A stretch of DNA of 64,000 bases from Raillietiella orientalis. Lineage: Eukaryota. Each line of letters begins with the position of its first letter. Positions within the stretch are counted from its first letter, which is position 1. The DNA lies in contig JAYWIR010000026.1 in assembly GCA_036172245.1 (NCBI GenBank), forward strand, positions 496,001-560,000, in the 5' to 3' direction. Of this stretch, positions 1-14,107 are shown one piece after another. The notes beneath the pieces are model-generated. The model did not search any database. It saw nothing but the letters and a program-made list of their open reading frames with translations, and was not told where the DNA came from. A program made the translations under genes and the position numbers.

Positions 1-1249
1 TAGCCTCGTAGTATTCTTGCAGAAGAAAATTCAACCTTCGAACTCTTTACTACCAGTGACGGGATCTGGCTCGATGTGTGCGTCGGGATAAGCACCGTGA
101 AAGTTACGCGTATTCTGTGCATGTCACAGTGCACGCTGTTCGATACCTTTCTTCCTATCTGACGAAACACCTCCCAAGTCTCTTTATCCTCTCAGTTCCA
201 TGGAACACTTTCTCACTTGGCTTCTTCGTGCGTCTTTTCATGTGTGCGAGTGATTTCCTTGGTCACAGACTGTGATTTTCCTCGACACAGTTGTTCGTGT
301 TTGCTGGACAGAGTCCAGAGAATGGGTTGCAGGCTGCCTTTCTTCCAGCCTCAAGCAACCACGGGGGCCGAATACGTCATCAGGGCTGAGCAGCAGCAGG
401 GATTTCACCGATGAGTTTGACTAACGTCTTCCCTTCGGTGACTCAAGAACTGGCTGACCATCTCTCGATCAGCGGCGGTCAGCCTGCGGAGAGAGAGGCT
501 GCTCCCGACATGCAGCTTCGCCATCCGAGCGAGCCCGATCGAGGCGACCCGAAGGAATCGAAGGATCGGTTCGAGAGGAGGAATCGCCCTTCGGCGATCC
601 CGGACACGACAAGCTGCACGGAATGCGCACCGCAGCGCACGTGTCGAGCCGTGTCGATCGCTTCTGTAAAGCGGCACGCGCGTTCGCTGCACACGGCGGA
701 CACCGACCACTCTTCTTCATCGGAGGCGTCCTCCGGACGCGGCGACAGGGAAACGCACGTGACCGCACCTTCGCGCGGAGGCACGCATTGGCGAGCGAGC
801 GCACGTTTTGGTGACGGAATGCGTGCTCGCTTGGGCCGGCTCCGACCTTTCCTTCGGACGATCCGTCCGAAGGAAACGTCACCGAGCCCAATGATGATGA
901 CACCCGTGGGATGTCTTGCGGCTGCCAACAGGTCGCCTGTCGGCGCATCCGCCGCCCCGAAGGGCCGCACGTGAAGGAAACATCGCCCTCCGATGTGCCG
1001 CTGCAGTTGCACGGTTTTGCCTGATGGCACTCCTGGATTTCGCGAGGCTGGAATAAAGAGTTGCTGCAAGTGCCCCCACTACCCCCAACAAGGGCAGTGG
1101 CTTCCGGCGTGGAGGACTCGGGCAATGCCGGCACGTGGGGGTGCGCCAGATGCAGCCGCTAAGGTAAAAAAAAAAAAAAAAAACGACCGCGCAAACCACA
1201 GAGGCGACTGTGGTCGCGCTCGACGCGTCGTAGTGGAACGTGCCAATGA

Positions 1250-4200
1250 TGAGCGAACCCGCCGTTTTTGAATGTGCGAATGGGCCCAGAAGCCGAAGCG
1301 GCGACCTTCAAGACGGAACCCGTAAGGGTCAGGGCAGTGAACGAAATCTACATCGTCGTGTGTAGAGGAAACGCCGACTTCATAAAGATACGGTTCACAG
1401 GGCAGCATGCAAGTGGATCTGCGGGCAGAGACCCTCGTAGATCGGGCCATTAATCTCAACGGGCGGGTCGCGCGCAGGGTGGGAGAGACGACGGATGCTC
1501 ATCGGCAGAATTCGCTTTGGCATGGGCCGTTCCCCCAGTGTACGGAGCCAAAGAGTGGTGCCAGGCTCTCGTTTAGGCCGCTTTTTTGAGGATCCTGCCT
1601 GCTGGAACGATTGCTGAACCACGATTTTACCCACCAGGCGTCTCGTCTCTGCGTCTTTTCTGGTCCAAATCTGGAAGTCGCCCGAGACTTTTCTTTCTGG
1701 CTGCCGTGAATCGGAGAACGCAATCTTTCAGCTTTCCCGACAATTCTTTCCAGTGGCCTATTGCCCCAGAGGAACTTTTACCGGTCTTTCTCGGAGTGGC
1801 TCGATGGAACCCCAACATCGACTTGTTTGCTTCTTTCGAATGCTCATCGCGGTGAGCTGTGCTTGCAGCATCATCCACTCCATTTGTTTTGGAAAAGCAA
1901 ACCATCGCAATGATATATATCCGCGACTGCAAGGACCTAAGCCTTGCATAGGGAGCAGCAAGAACGCGTTTTCCAGCGTATCTGAAGAAACCGCAGGAAA
2001 AAGTACGCTTTGCTTCAAAAATGCAAGGAAGAAACACCTCGTTAGCCTTTCTGGAAATGGGAAGAATGCTTTCCACTTTTGATAGATAGATGACGTTTTC
2101 CGGTTCTGATGAAAATTGCATTTCCGCATGTGGAGCCCTTCAGCAGAAGCGAGGGTAAGCTCCTCTTTCTTCTGCTGGCAGTCCTTGCAGCTCGGCAGCC
2201 ATTTGGCGAAATGGCACAATACGCATCCGAGAATGAGGAAGCTAGTGCAGAAGAAATCGTATACTCTACAACTGTACACACGGATGCTCGTTTTATGCCT
2301 TCACGGACCACAGCTGAGAGCTGCTTGCGCATCGGGAAAATGATTTTGAGCTGCTCATAGGATCGGACTCATGGAATGGTAACTCTTGGTTTGGTTCGCA
2401 TAGGGAAAACCCTGAGGCATCCGAAGGAAGTTTTCGCATTTATGCAGTCCACTGTCCCAGCAATGTCCTGGAAAAGCTTCCTTCCGTGGCTCCGTTGAAA
2501 TTGCAAGGCAGAAGCTGCGCTATTTGCTGGCAGTAACGATTGCTGCTTTCGGCACCCATGAAGCTTAGTTATTAGACTGCTGACGAATGACTGAAATGAA
2601 TAGGTTCATGCATTCTTCCATGAATCGTAGGTTCCTTATTAGCGTGACTTGGGCACTCCCCTTTGTCCACTTGCGCTCCTGCAGGCGCCACGAGATAAGC
2701 AGCGTTTTTTTCTCAGCAGCTATCGCGTGTGCGCGTTCCCGGATGATCAGCTCCAAGAATTCCTGGAGCTCGGCCTCCGGGGTAGACCTAGCAGCAGGAG
2801 AAGCAGGTCGTCCGCGTAGGTCCTAACGGTCGGCGTGCACGGGCGGGGCGCGGCCAGCGTTGTCCTATACCCGCTCAGCACCAGCTCGAAGTAGGGGCTG
2901 AACCCAGGTAGGGCTCATTCCTCGTCGCACAGTGCACGCCGCGGGAGTGGCGACCGCTGAAAATCGTGCCGATTAGCGCATCGCGCCAAAGCGAGGTCAA
3001 GAACTCCAGCAAGGAGGATGCGATTCCGAGGTGCTTCAGAAGCTTCAGATGTAGCTCCCGGAAGTGTGCTGTCCAAAGCCTGGCGGAGATCGACTGCGAT
3101 CGCCAGAGCGCCATGTTCCTCCGCCTGCCCGCGAGTGCCGTTCCCAAAGCCCTTCAGACGCCCAGCGCTTGGCGCACTTCATCGGAAGATCTCAGAAGGT
3201 CGAATACCACTCCGCACAAACTCTCGTCAACAAGGCGCTGCGGGAAGTCAGCCGTAGCGGCAGAGCTGCAACGAGAGACTTTGCTCTTCCTACTTTGTCC
3301 GTCTTGGTGGCTGCCGCCATTTTTTTCGCCGCGTCGCACGAACGGTTAGCTGTGCCGCTCGAAGGCTTCCTGTGGGAAAGCGCGGAGAAGACGGCGCCAT
3401 CTTTCCGACGCAGTTGCGGATTTTCGATCTTCGCGATGGCCCTCACGCTGGAGGGAGAGCGGAGGGTGGGGACACGTGGCAAGCAGCTCGCTCTTTCCCG
3501 AAAAGCCTTTCGAAATCCACACCCACAGGGAAGTAGGTATTGAATCGGCGGGAAGGTTTGCGCGGCCCACTCGTTGACGAGGGTTACCGAGGCAACGGAC
3601 CTGCGTGAATGCTCCTTCTGTAGATGTCGATTCTCTTTCGGAGAGTGTCCGACTGAACGCTGCCGTATGGTTGTATTTTCTTATGATAATTAATAATCTG
3701 AACGGGGAGAATGTTGCATTCACGTCTAGCCAAGGACTTCGTCCTTCGTGTATCCTCCGATAACATGTCCTTGGCCTACGCCACACTTTGTTCACAAACA
3801 CTCCGAGGCAAAGCCCTCCGGCCTTGCTATCCATCTCCGGCATTACATTACTTGAAGTCGGAAGAATCTGTTAAATTAAGCAGGCTCGAAATTTCTTTGG
3901 CCTTTTTTTTTTTTATTGGGAAGACGAAGCATTCCTGAGCTGGAAGTACGAGTTCTTCCTGGACGTCGGTGCGTTTGTGGTCGAAAACTTGAATTATTCA
4001 GATGATAATCCTCTTTTGTGAGAGTCATCATCTAAGAATCGCTGCTCCAAAACGCTGAAGCCGATGATTTCAAGGCATTTTCCTTTCACGATTCATTCGT
4101 TTTTCTTTTCTTTCTTTTTTTGTCCCAGCTGCTTCGGGAAACGGAACCGGAAGCTCATATCATAAGTTTGCAGCTCGTATCTTCGGCTGGTAAGTCCCCC

Positions 4201-5800
4201 TTGGCTTTACCCCTTCGCAGCGATAATTCAGGTTCGATCCTCAATGTCCTCAGGAGCGAAACGCTCTGCTTTTCATATGGGAATTGCTGTCGACAACCCC
4301 CCGGTTCCTGGAATTTACGGAGGATACCATTCGCCTTCCTCTAGATGGGGGCTGATTTTCCAAAGGATCTATTTTCAGCAAGTGCGCTCGATGACTGCGT
4401 CCGCCCCGTTGCAAGGATGTACCCGTGGAGAGCCTCTCCCGTGCCTGGTTACACGCTGGGAGCAGAGACGAGTCGAGAAGCAGGAAAAAATCAAAGCTCC
4501 GAGTCGGGAGTCCCCAGAAAGAGAGGAATCAAAGCAGGGGTTTGCCTGGGAGCGGTGAAAGCACGCGGTAGTCTCGAGAGCACAAAGGTGGGAGCGATTT
4601 ATGGGTCTCCTTCCGTGCAGAGCTTGGCAACCCTTCCCGCAACGTAGAAACCGCCAGCGTATTTCTTGAATGTACACGTATACGCATCCGGCAGGAACGG
4701 ATTAAGGAACGCTCGGTTCCCAGAGATGCCTCCAAGGAGAATCGATGGGGGAAGAGTTGCCGGAAGGCGGAACGAGAAGAGGAAGGCCCAATTTCCGATT
4801 CCGTCCCAACTCTGTCGTCGGCGCGGCTGTCGTCTCCCTGACTCGCGCTCCGAAGAGTCGAAAGCCAAATGAGGCGAAGTCGGCGTCGGATCGGAGGTCC
4901 ACCAGCAATTAGCAGTCACTCAGAGCTGCTCGTCGAAACGTCTCAGCGGTGAGGCACTGAAAATCAAACAAACAAACAAAAAATGAATAATTTTCAGTCC
5001 AGGGAAAATAATTACGCTGGGAGCGGATGATTGAGTTTCGGCGGTGCTTGGAAAACCCAAGGAAGCGTAAATCCACTGTTTCGAATAATAGTGTTGTCCG
5101 CCCAAGCACGGAACCTACGGAGAAAATTTCTCCCTCGACCTCAAGAGCCGAGGAGGGCTTTTCGTTCCCGGTGGTGTTCCGTGAACCCTCGATGGCGGCG
5201 GAAAGGGGAAAATGGGGGGCAGCCGCTTTCTTTGAAAGCAGGGACGGACGGACGGAAGCCAAAGTCAGAAGAAACCAAGACTTGATTGCAGAGGAACGAG
5301 GCTGCCTCGTGGGTGACGACGGCAGGCCGGCTGAAGAGTGAGGGCGATGAGTCACCTTTCCGCGCTCAAGGCGAAGAGGCCGCAACTCTGCCGATCCGAA
5401 GACCTCATCCGCGCCGAAGACAAAGCCTCCTCACCCCTTCCCTTTCGACGGGGCGCGTTCCCCGAGCAGGGATGCGGTGAGGCACGTGAGGAACAGAGGG
5501 TGCAATCATCGTCTTAATGTGCAGTCCCCTCCCCTCCCCTCCCCCCTCGCCCCCCTTCTTCTTCTTCTGTAATTTCCGTCCGCGCCGAGGGTGAGGACAG
5601 AAACTACGGAATTGCCCATTCGTGCAGCGATTTCGGCGGCCACGGTCCACCCACGAGGCAGACACCGCGCAGCTCCCTGAAAATCCTGGAAAGTGGACAG
5701 CGCACGCTTCCCTGCAAAAAAGAGCAAAGAAAAGCTTTTGATTTTCCCTTTTTTTCCCAACGGGTCTCGTTGAACATCCGGGATGCGGAAATCCCGGAGG
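1250..5800 (-). mobile_element. Highly degenerate L1/Tx1-like LINE ORF2 relic (weak APE traces, RT, C-terminal Cys/His)
   Basis: Minus-strand frameshifted motifs in correct order: PADSIPTSLW (~3540), WRRL..AFER (~3390), AIAVDLRQALDS (~3090), intact TYADDLLLL (TAC GCG GAC GAC at 2818-2807), and H..DFVHCP....F (~1340). APE part at 4.5-5 kb is weak. Confidence 0.7.
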
Positions 5801-5859
5801 TGCCAAGGGAGGAAGAAATGCTTGTTGCAGGCATACGTTAATGTGTCAATTGATATACC

Positions 5860-6875
5860 TCGTAAAGATTATAAAAAATAAATACGTGTGTGTTTATTAT
5901 AGATATTAATACATCTGATAACATTTTTATGTACGAATATAGATTAATATAGGGATAAATATGTATTGCAAAGATTAAAAATAAATACATATGTTTATTG
6001 TACATATTATTATGTATAGTGATTTAATTTATATATTAATACATAAATGATATCGAAACCAATACATAGTTTAATACGAATTCGAAAGATTACAAAAAAA
6101 TGAATACGCATGCCTTTCATGCTCACTGATGTATATATTTGTATTGATATACAAATTTAGTTAACGTGCACATCTATATTTGATACTATATTTATATTTA
6201 TACATATAACATATATTTATACATATATGATGTATACATCTTGAACGGATATATAAATAAGGAATTGGAGCGCACACATTTACGAAAGGACCAAAATGCC
6301 GAAATGGAATTCGCCATTTCCTGAGGCGCCTTTCCTTTGTTGAACGCCGGAAATGGCAGGAAAATGAAATACCAAATGACTTTTCCGTTCTTTCAGTTCT
6401 TTTTACTTACTTTTATTTTTTCCAGCACTTTCAATGGTTACCTCCATTTTTGTAAATTCGACATTTATATTCATTTAATGTATATTTGTCATATGCATAA
6501 ATGTATCTATATATGCATTTACGCACATAATAAAGATATCTGTTTATTTTCATAATCTTCAATATATATATACCAATAGTACATTAATTCATATTGTTAA
6601 TTATATAAACTATATATGCTATTATAAAGATCAATAAATAGAAATGCCAAAATAAATTATGTATATTAATCTATCTACCTGTCCATTTTTTATATCTCTC
6701 TATACATTCTTAATAAACATATATGCATTAATATTATATATATATGTTGATAAAATTCATGTTAGTAAATATTAACAAACATACTTGTTTAAATGAATTG
6801 AGATCAATTTATGAATAAATATATATATTTTAATATACGTAATGAACAACCTATTCATTTTTTATTGATCCTCCT
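5860..6875. repeat. AT-rich degenerate tandem-repeat block with inward-facing arms (foldback-like)
   Basis: AAAGATTA(T/C)AAAAA units forward at ~5865, 5971, 6085; reverse-orientation units at ~6552 and 6865. Central less-AT spacer has gccatttcc...ggaaatggc inverted repeat (~6313-6357). Confidence 0.6.
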
Positions 6876-7049
6876 GGACTTTGAACCAAAACCCGACGCT
6901 GGCAGAGCTAAAAACGTTCAGAATTCAGAGAGATCTCAAACATAAATACGCACGATTAACACATATATTAAAGATTACAAAAAAGCAAATGCGAATGCAC
7001 ATTATATATAATTCTATAAATAAGCATGGAAGTTTATTTTAAAATGCAT

Positions 7050-7560
7050 ATTCATTAAATTAATAATGAATTCCGTAGTTTAAATGACTTTATGATAAGG
7101 AATATGCTTTGCAACTTTGGGGTTACAACAGCGTACAACGTTTGCGTATAAAAGCGTAAGTGTGGAATTCCACAAAACAACCTGCAAATTGACACAAAAA
7201 AGCAACAACCAAAGTATTGTTCTATTTGATTAGATGAACAGCTATGAGTTTTGCTGAATCGCATTTGTCATGTATGGGCACAGTCAACTACGTTATAATT
7301 TCGTCATCAAATAGTTCTCGGAAATAGGTCATAGGAGAGAAGGAAGCTTCAGGACAATCAGGACAATTTCCTTTCCGAGGAAGAGGAAGACTGTTTTTCG
7401 GATTGCATATTGATTGCTAAGGAATTTTTGGGGTTTTAAAATTTTCATCATCTGATGACGATTCACCACTCCATTCATCGTCGCTATCCTTACTATTTAT
7501 AGGTCGTCGGGTCGACCGATGTTCGTCCGAGTCGGATTCCAATAAAGAACCCACGGACCT
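7050..7560 (-). mobile_element. piggyBac-like transposase N-terminal remnant
   Basis: Minus strand reads acidic DSDDEWSGESSSDDEN, then SPMTYFRELFDDEII and NQIEQYFGCCFF, matching the P..YF..FF..EI / E...FIG region of piggyBac (PGBD) transposases; stops and frameshifts present. Confidence 0.6.
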
Positions 7561-7713
7561 ATTGCCGCCGATGCTTTTTCTTATTCTTGCTGCTGTTTCA
7601 TTTTCGCATTATGCTTTGGTATTCCTGTTTTAGGCCTCCAGTATATAAAACGGAAAAAAAGAAAAAAAATGAAAAGCACGAGGGGGCACGCAAGTGCACC
7701 GAATGCCACCATT

Positions 7714-8272
7714 TAGGCTCAAGCAATTCACCGGAAGACGGGAAGATGAGGACTGCAGGGCATGTGGAGACACCGATACGAGACTTCTCGTCTTGACGTG
7801 TCCCACATTGCCACACGACTGGCTGATGCTGAAAAGGATCATAGGACTCAACAACAAGTCCGTGATGGAAATCCTCGCGGGGATGTTCCAGGGAGAAGGT
7901 AATGTTCCCTATTACAATCCCATGGTGATGAAGAGGACGACCATCGCCTCTTCATCACCGCCATACTTGTGCGGTGGTGGAAGATGAGGAAAGCCAGGAG
8001 AGCCGCACCCCCGATGGAGATCCTGCAAGGACTCGTCAAGAAGGAAATCGGCATCAGGAACTGTGGGCGACTCCATGCCTGGACGAACCGATTCATCCTG
8101 AAGAGGATTGAGGACGACACCCGGGAAAAACCCACCCTGAAAGCAGAACTTGTGATACCCCCAAGGACTTCAAAGCGATAAAGTGTTGGTATGTTGTATG
8201 AATGTGATTGTAGAATGAATGAGATTTAAAAGAAAATAAATTTACCCCACCCCTTGTGGGTTTTGGGGAAAA
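7714..8272 (+). mobile_element. 5'-truncated Tx1/L1-like LINE 3' end with 17-bp target-site duplication
   Basis: Perfect direct repeat CACCGAATGCCACCATT at 7697-7713 and 8273-8289. Encodes CRACGDTDTRLLVLTCP..., homologous to CKACGDKDTGFHVVTCP of the 29.1-34.5 kb element, and shares its 3' terminal hairpin. Confidence 0.9.
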
Positions 8273-8680
8273 CACCGAATGCCACCATTGCAGTGGCAAA
8301 GCTCCATCATGTGAAAATAATGACAAAATGACCGCTTCGATGCAAACAAAGGTGCAGACCGAGGGCTATGACGTGGGCTTTTCCTTGTCTATCAAAACAG
8401 CGATAGAACAAAAAATAATAACAACTGCACAGAATGGTTCGTACAACTTCTGTGTACAGAAGACTCGCAGAAGCATTCGCCTGGAGACCTCGGGTTCGGG
8501 TTGCTACCCGTTACCAGGGCTGTTGCTGGTCACCAAGGAGACGTCGTGCAGCAAGATGTGTGTGCCACCTTGCGGCGAAAAACAAAATATATCAATAAGA
8601 TCCCCATGTGTATGTGTATGTGACTTCAAAGTCGTACGGGCCTACAGAGGGTTAATACATACGTATATTTATTAACATGA

Positions 8681-9310
8681 ATGTACGCGTTTTGCAAAAG
8701 CGCCAACGTGGCAGATATGAAAAGAACTTCTCTAAAGAAAGGTCAGCACATTGCAAGATATGACAACAAAATCATGTTGTTGAAGTGGCGGGGCAAAAGG
8801 GACGTACTGTTCCTCAGTACAGTACATTGCGCCAACATGACGGAAGCAGAGAACCGACGTGTCGTGAAAAGAAAGCTCGAAGTGGTTTCCGACTATGGGA
8901 AAAAAATGGGTGGAAGGGACAGAGGCGATCGTACCATTGCGGCGTATACGATGGCGAGAAAGAGGCTGAAGAAGTATTACAGGCAGATATTTTTGCATCT
9001 TTTAGACGTCGTGTGCTTGAATTCCTATTTACTGTATGAAAAAGAACAGTGGGAAATTGAGTCTAAAATTGTCGAGGAATCTTCGACTCGGGAAGCTGTG
9101 GCAGCTGACCGACCAACTGTGACTGCAAAGCCCACACGCCTCATCGGGAAGCACTTTCCAAATTTTATACCGTCTACACCATCGAAAAGGAGTGCACCGC
9201 GGAGGTGTACTGTGTGGTGTTCAAACAATGGCATTCGTGAGGGAACACGATGTTGGTGCTCAACCTGCGAGGTGTCGCTTTGCGTTTCCTTTGAATGATA
9301 TCACAGTGCG
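8681..9310 (+). mobile_element. piggyBac transposase C-terminal remnant
   Basis: ORF has KWRGKRDVLFLSTVH, DYGKKMGGRDRGD (YN..MGGVD..D), KYYRQIFLHLLDVVCLNSYLLY and the Cys-rich end RRCTVWC...TRCWCSTCEVSLC. Confidence 0.9.
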
Positions 9311-9579
9311 AATTCAGATCGAACTTCTCACGAGTCTTCCTCATCTTTCCCGTGTGTGAAGTTTGCTGTGCAATGGCGCAATTTTTATGATTTTCCTCCT
9401 CATTGAAATTTTGCAACAGATGCATTTGCTGTGCGTTTCCCATTCCCCGCTTCCGCCAATTTTCGACACACACCCAGAAGCAGACCTGTTGAAAAGAATT
9501 ACTCGTTTAACAGTACACACGCGTTTATTAATGTTGACGATGCAATAAGTCTCACCATATGTAATAAACATGCATGCAG

Positions 9580-10600
9580 GGAGAAAAGAAGGACTCCAGA
9601 AAAGGGCCCGGAAGCGGATTCCCTCTCCCTGCCACGTGCATGGCGGGCGAGCTCGACGCGCGCTCAACGCTTCGTCTGCACGCGTCGGCGGTCCGACCGC
9701 TGACGACGTTCTCGGCTTCGTTTCGGAACCGTCGGCGCAGCCCCCTCTGACCGCCGCTGGCCGTCCTCCAGGAACCGTACTTGGATGACCGGTTGCGGGA
9801 ACGCCCCGTGCCGCCCGCTCGGGGCGCGCATCATTCCGAGCGGCCCAAAGCCAGGAGGGGTGCCGGTCGGCCGCGCTCCGGGGTCAGCGGCGACACTGTC
9901 AGAGGTCACGGCGGAGAGGAGCGATCGGAGTCAACAAAGGATGGGATCCGAGGCGAGGCTGGAAGGCGAAAAGGCCCCACGCGATTGCTCGCATCCGCGG
10001 ACTGCAGACCCCAATTATCTCGGGATGCACCTACGTGCTGATCGGCCGGAAAGGTTGCGATCGTAATTTTGCTTAATGGGGACGCAGATTGATCCTCTCA
10101 GGGGAGAAGGAGTGGATGAGGGCAGGTGGAGAGCAAACGCAGGGTCTCATTCCCAGCTTGCAGTCATTTTCGAGGAATAGCAGGCTGGACGGTGTCCAGA
10201 AGTAAGAACCGTGCGACTGTCAGCCCAGGCGGCCGGGGAGAAAAAGCAAAAGAGGTTGCAGGGATCGCGTAAAGGGCTTCCGGGGGCAGCGGAAAGCAGA
10301 AAAGAAAAAACGAAAGTCGCACGCAGCACTGTTCGGTCCAGCACTCTGATGAGCATGGAGGTTCCTTCTGGACCTCATGAAACCTGCAAGGAAGGTGACG
10401 TTCGTGAGTCCGCAGCCATCGCCAAGGTCTCCGAAGAAGAAAAAAAAGTGGTCACAGCCCTCATATCATGGGAAGCTGCCCTTGGGATATTCCAAGTGCT
10501 GGAAGCAGGGTCGCTTTCTTCGCTCGTATTGCAGTTTCCGATTCCACGGCCTCTTATAACGCGGGGAGATGCGTTCTGCGGGAATGCTACTCACAAAGGA
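9580..10600 (+). mobile_element. Degenerate L1-like RT relic
   Basis: EKGPEADSLS (~RGVRQGDPLS, ~9600), TADDVLGFVSEP (9696-9731), NYLGM (~10013), ISWEAA (~10464). Confidence 0.6.
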
Positions 10601-11489
10601 TGTGAAGTGTGCTCTCAAACGTGGTCGATGATCTCCGTTTCATTTCAGAGCCAAATGAAAAAAAAAAAAAAAAAAGCTGAAAGCTTACTTCGCCCACTTT
10701 TCGTCAATGGAAAAGCTTCTACACTTTTAGCTCCCCGATAACTGCATCTTGTTGCTCCTCCCCGTTAACGAAATGTTGAATGAAGTGGAATTGGCCCTTC
10801 CTAGAGCGCGTGTTCGCGGTCTTCTCGGACGGCAGCTGACCCACGCTGCGACACGAAACACGAAATCTGTGCAGGGCGTCGCCGTACCCACTCACCGCGC
10901 TATACGGGACCGCCGTGCCTCCATTGATTCGTCGCGTTATACGAATCCGACCTATGCGGGAACTACACCCACATTTGCCAAAACTTATGTACACTGAATC
11001 CATTTTCCTCGACACCAGTACAGTGAGTAGTTGGTGTTCGTGTTTCCAGCCCGTGTGATTTCATTTCTCAATGAATTATCTGATGCTGGAGCATGGAGAG
11101 GTTAATGGCGGGGTCTGTGTACATTGAGGGACGCTGTGTACTAGATCTTGCGCCCCCAAGGTGGAAACTTTTGTCCTTCATCCTGTGTTCCTTTCGCCCA
11201 AGATGCAGTCGTTGAAGAAACACTTAGACACTTGGACAGGAGGTCAAAAATGCACCCAGGAGGAACTTTCCGCCGCTAGCGGAGGTAAGTGGGTTGACTT
11301 CACGTCACTCGCCCAGTGGGCCGCTGGGGCGCTCCGAACCTGCCATGCCAGGAGGCTCCGCCATCGCAGCAGGTTGGCCTCCATCCTCGCCTTCGTTGGT
11401 CCTCGCAGGAGTGGCTGTGGATCTCTCTGGGAATCCCGGAAATGCGGCCCAGCCGGTGGTGCACTCATCCCGGAGCCCGTCCAAATCCC

Positions 11490-12415
11490 GAAAGGTGATC
11501 CGAGGAAAAAATACATTTCTCCTAATAAATACACAGATTAATACTCGAATACATTGGAACACGTCATTTATATTGACCAACATACATATTATTGTCGGTC
11601 ATATTACATTTCGGAGCAGATGTGTTTATTACGATTTGCTGACATTCATTTTACTAATAGAATCAATGAGTTGTTGTATGCATCCATCTTTAGGCTTATT
11701 ATATACATCCGTATCTGTATATATATACAAGTGTGTGTGTGTGAATGTAAACGTGTACATATACATAAGTATATAAATCAAATGTGTACACACACACGCG
11801 CGCGCTCACACATATACATACACATATGTATATATCAATACTTGCAATGAGCATGTATTTTTAGTATCTTCACGATATATAGTATTTCACCTTTATGTAA
11901 ATATATATACATATCTGAATATACATAGTGAGCACATGCATTTATTTTTAATAATCTTTAATAATGCATGGCAACAGTATAATCAACAACTTATCCATCC
12001 TATCAGTAAAATAAATATGTCTGTCTAAATCTTAATAAATATGTGTGTTCCAATAATCTTACGCTTAATAATATGTATGTTCATAAATATGAATAACTAT
12101 TATATTAAATAACTCGCACATCAATCTACATAGAGTAAACACATTTGTTTATTTCTTATGGTTTTTCGGGATTTCGATCCCTCGGTAGATACATATCTTT
12201 TTAATCCGACATTCGTATATTCATTCCATATGCATCTATCATATATATTGATATATATAATGATCGCACATATATTTTTTTTTACAATCTTTACAATACA
12301 TTATTAATTGTATTTGTAAATATGCATGCTGAAAATAAATCTGTGCATGCATCTATGTAGAAAGGTGTTTGTCAATACATATAATCAATACGTACATAAT
12401 ATTCCGTGATCTTTC
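11490..12415. repeat. AT-rich block, same family, inward-facing termini
   Basis: Left end gatccgaggaaaaaatacat; right end reverse-complement AAAGATCACGGAATATT; internal reverse ATCTT units; (TG)/(CA) runs. Confidence 0.55.
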
Positions 12416-13395
12416 TGGACTTTGGCGTTTCGGTCGGCCCCGACCTGCTCCCTACGCCAATTATTTTCTCGAGTGCAGCGCGTGTGCCCCGCTGTGACCA
12501 CCAAATGACGCCAAAGGTCCTTCAGGATTGAGTCATCACAAACCACGGCGAGCGCATGGCCGCCCATTCCTAAAAAATGGTTAGGGGTTCGCCACCCTCT
12601 CCTTCTGCAGCCACCACATCTGAGCGAGGAATCCGACGCCGGGAGCGATTTTCGGGTTCTCCGTTTCTCCCGAAGCCTCCGTGCTTGCAACCAATTAGCG
12701 GGACGTGTAATTTCGTCGTCAGGGTGTCCCGGAAGTCCCTTCGCTCCCCCCGCAATCAGCTGCGAGTGTCCACCTCGGGGTGGCGTGGGTGCACCCTCGC
12801 TCCCCTGCCCACGTGGCTGACCGCCGCCGGCTGACCGACCCGCGGAACCGGAACCTGGAGCGAAGAGGGAACCCGCCCGAGGAAAGGCGACGATGGGCGG
12901 GAAAGAGGCGAAGAGTCCGGGATCGCCTGGTTGGGATGCAGTTGCGCCCTCGAGGCTCCCAGCGGATCCCCCCCAGTGCACGCGGAGGTCGACTTTCTCC
13001 CCCATCTCTAGGTGGTAGGTACTCTGCATCTGATATCCGGGACCTCCGCTCCTTTCGGAAGGCTTTCCTGGCTGGTGGCTTCGCTCGCCACTACCTGCTG
13101 CACCGTCCTGACCACTGGCCTTCGGGAACGGCGCTCAGTGTGGCGCTGGCGCGGGCAGAAGACGTTCGGGGACGTTGGCGCTGCACCCATCCGAGTGCAG
13201 ACGGAGGCGGTTTGAGTCCATAGTGGACTTGGCGTGGCGCAAGTGGATCGGAGTTGGCGGCGCCACGGCGAGCACACGAATCAAAGATCGTGGCCCTATG
13301 CGCGATTCCACCATCCTCGGGCACCACTCCTGCCCAGTCCTCTCGGGTCAGCTGGTAGGATGGCTTCAGGGGAAAGTCTGTGCGGTTCAAAATTC
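12405..13395 (+). mobile_element. Degenerate L1-like RT/post-RT relic
   Basis: IFLDF (~12409), GVRHPL (~12585), HLGV (~12770), GG....DIRDLRSFRKAFLA (~13010-13073; L1 GGL...DL..F..A motif). Confidence 0.5.
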
Positions 13396-13397
13396 CT

Positions 13398-14067
13398 AAA
13401 GATCGTGAAGAAACGCGCGTGTTCATTCTACATAGATTAATACACAGATGTATTTTAATATGCATAGTTATTCATATTATCAACAGTAATATTATTGGAG
13501 CAGATACCTTTCTTAACATGCATTTTATTGATATAATTAATAATTAGCTAATTATATTATTCATATGTATATTTGTATGAAAGATTGTAAAACATGACTA
13601 TATATGGTCATTATGTGCATTAATGCACACATTTATATATACATTCATATGCAAATTAATTTTAGCATACACACATGTTATTATTTGTGAACATGTTTAG
13701 TATTGATGTTAATGTTTTGACATACATTTATTAAGATAGACATTATTAACATAATTTAATAAGTTGTTCACTATATTTTATCGATAGACAGATATATGCA
13801 TCTGAAAGATTGTAAAACATGACAATGTATGCTCCACATATAATACATTTATATACAGATTAAAATACAAATTAATTCTGACATGTATTTATTATTATTT
13901 GTTAACATATTTATTATTAATGTTAACATTTCATCATGTATTTATTAGCATTTATTTAGATGGATACCATTAACATAATTAAGCTCTCAATATAACGTTC
14001 ATCGATATACATATATAGGAAGGATTATAATGCGTCACTATATACCTATGTCAAATGTACATGCACG

Positions 14068-14107
<40 letters not shown>

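Noticed and set aside
2875..3330. Apparent short-intron gene starting ATGGCGGCAGCC on the minus strand
   Set aside because: The region carries ordered RT motifs including YADD; the splice-like sites are better explained as chance in an L1 relic.
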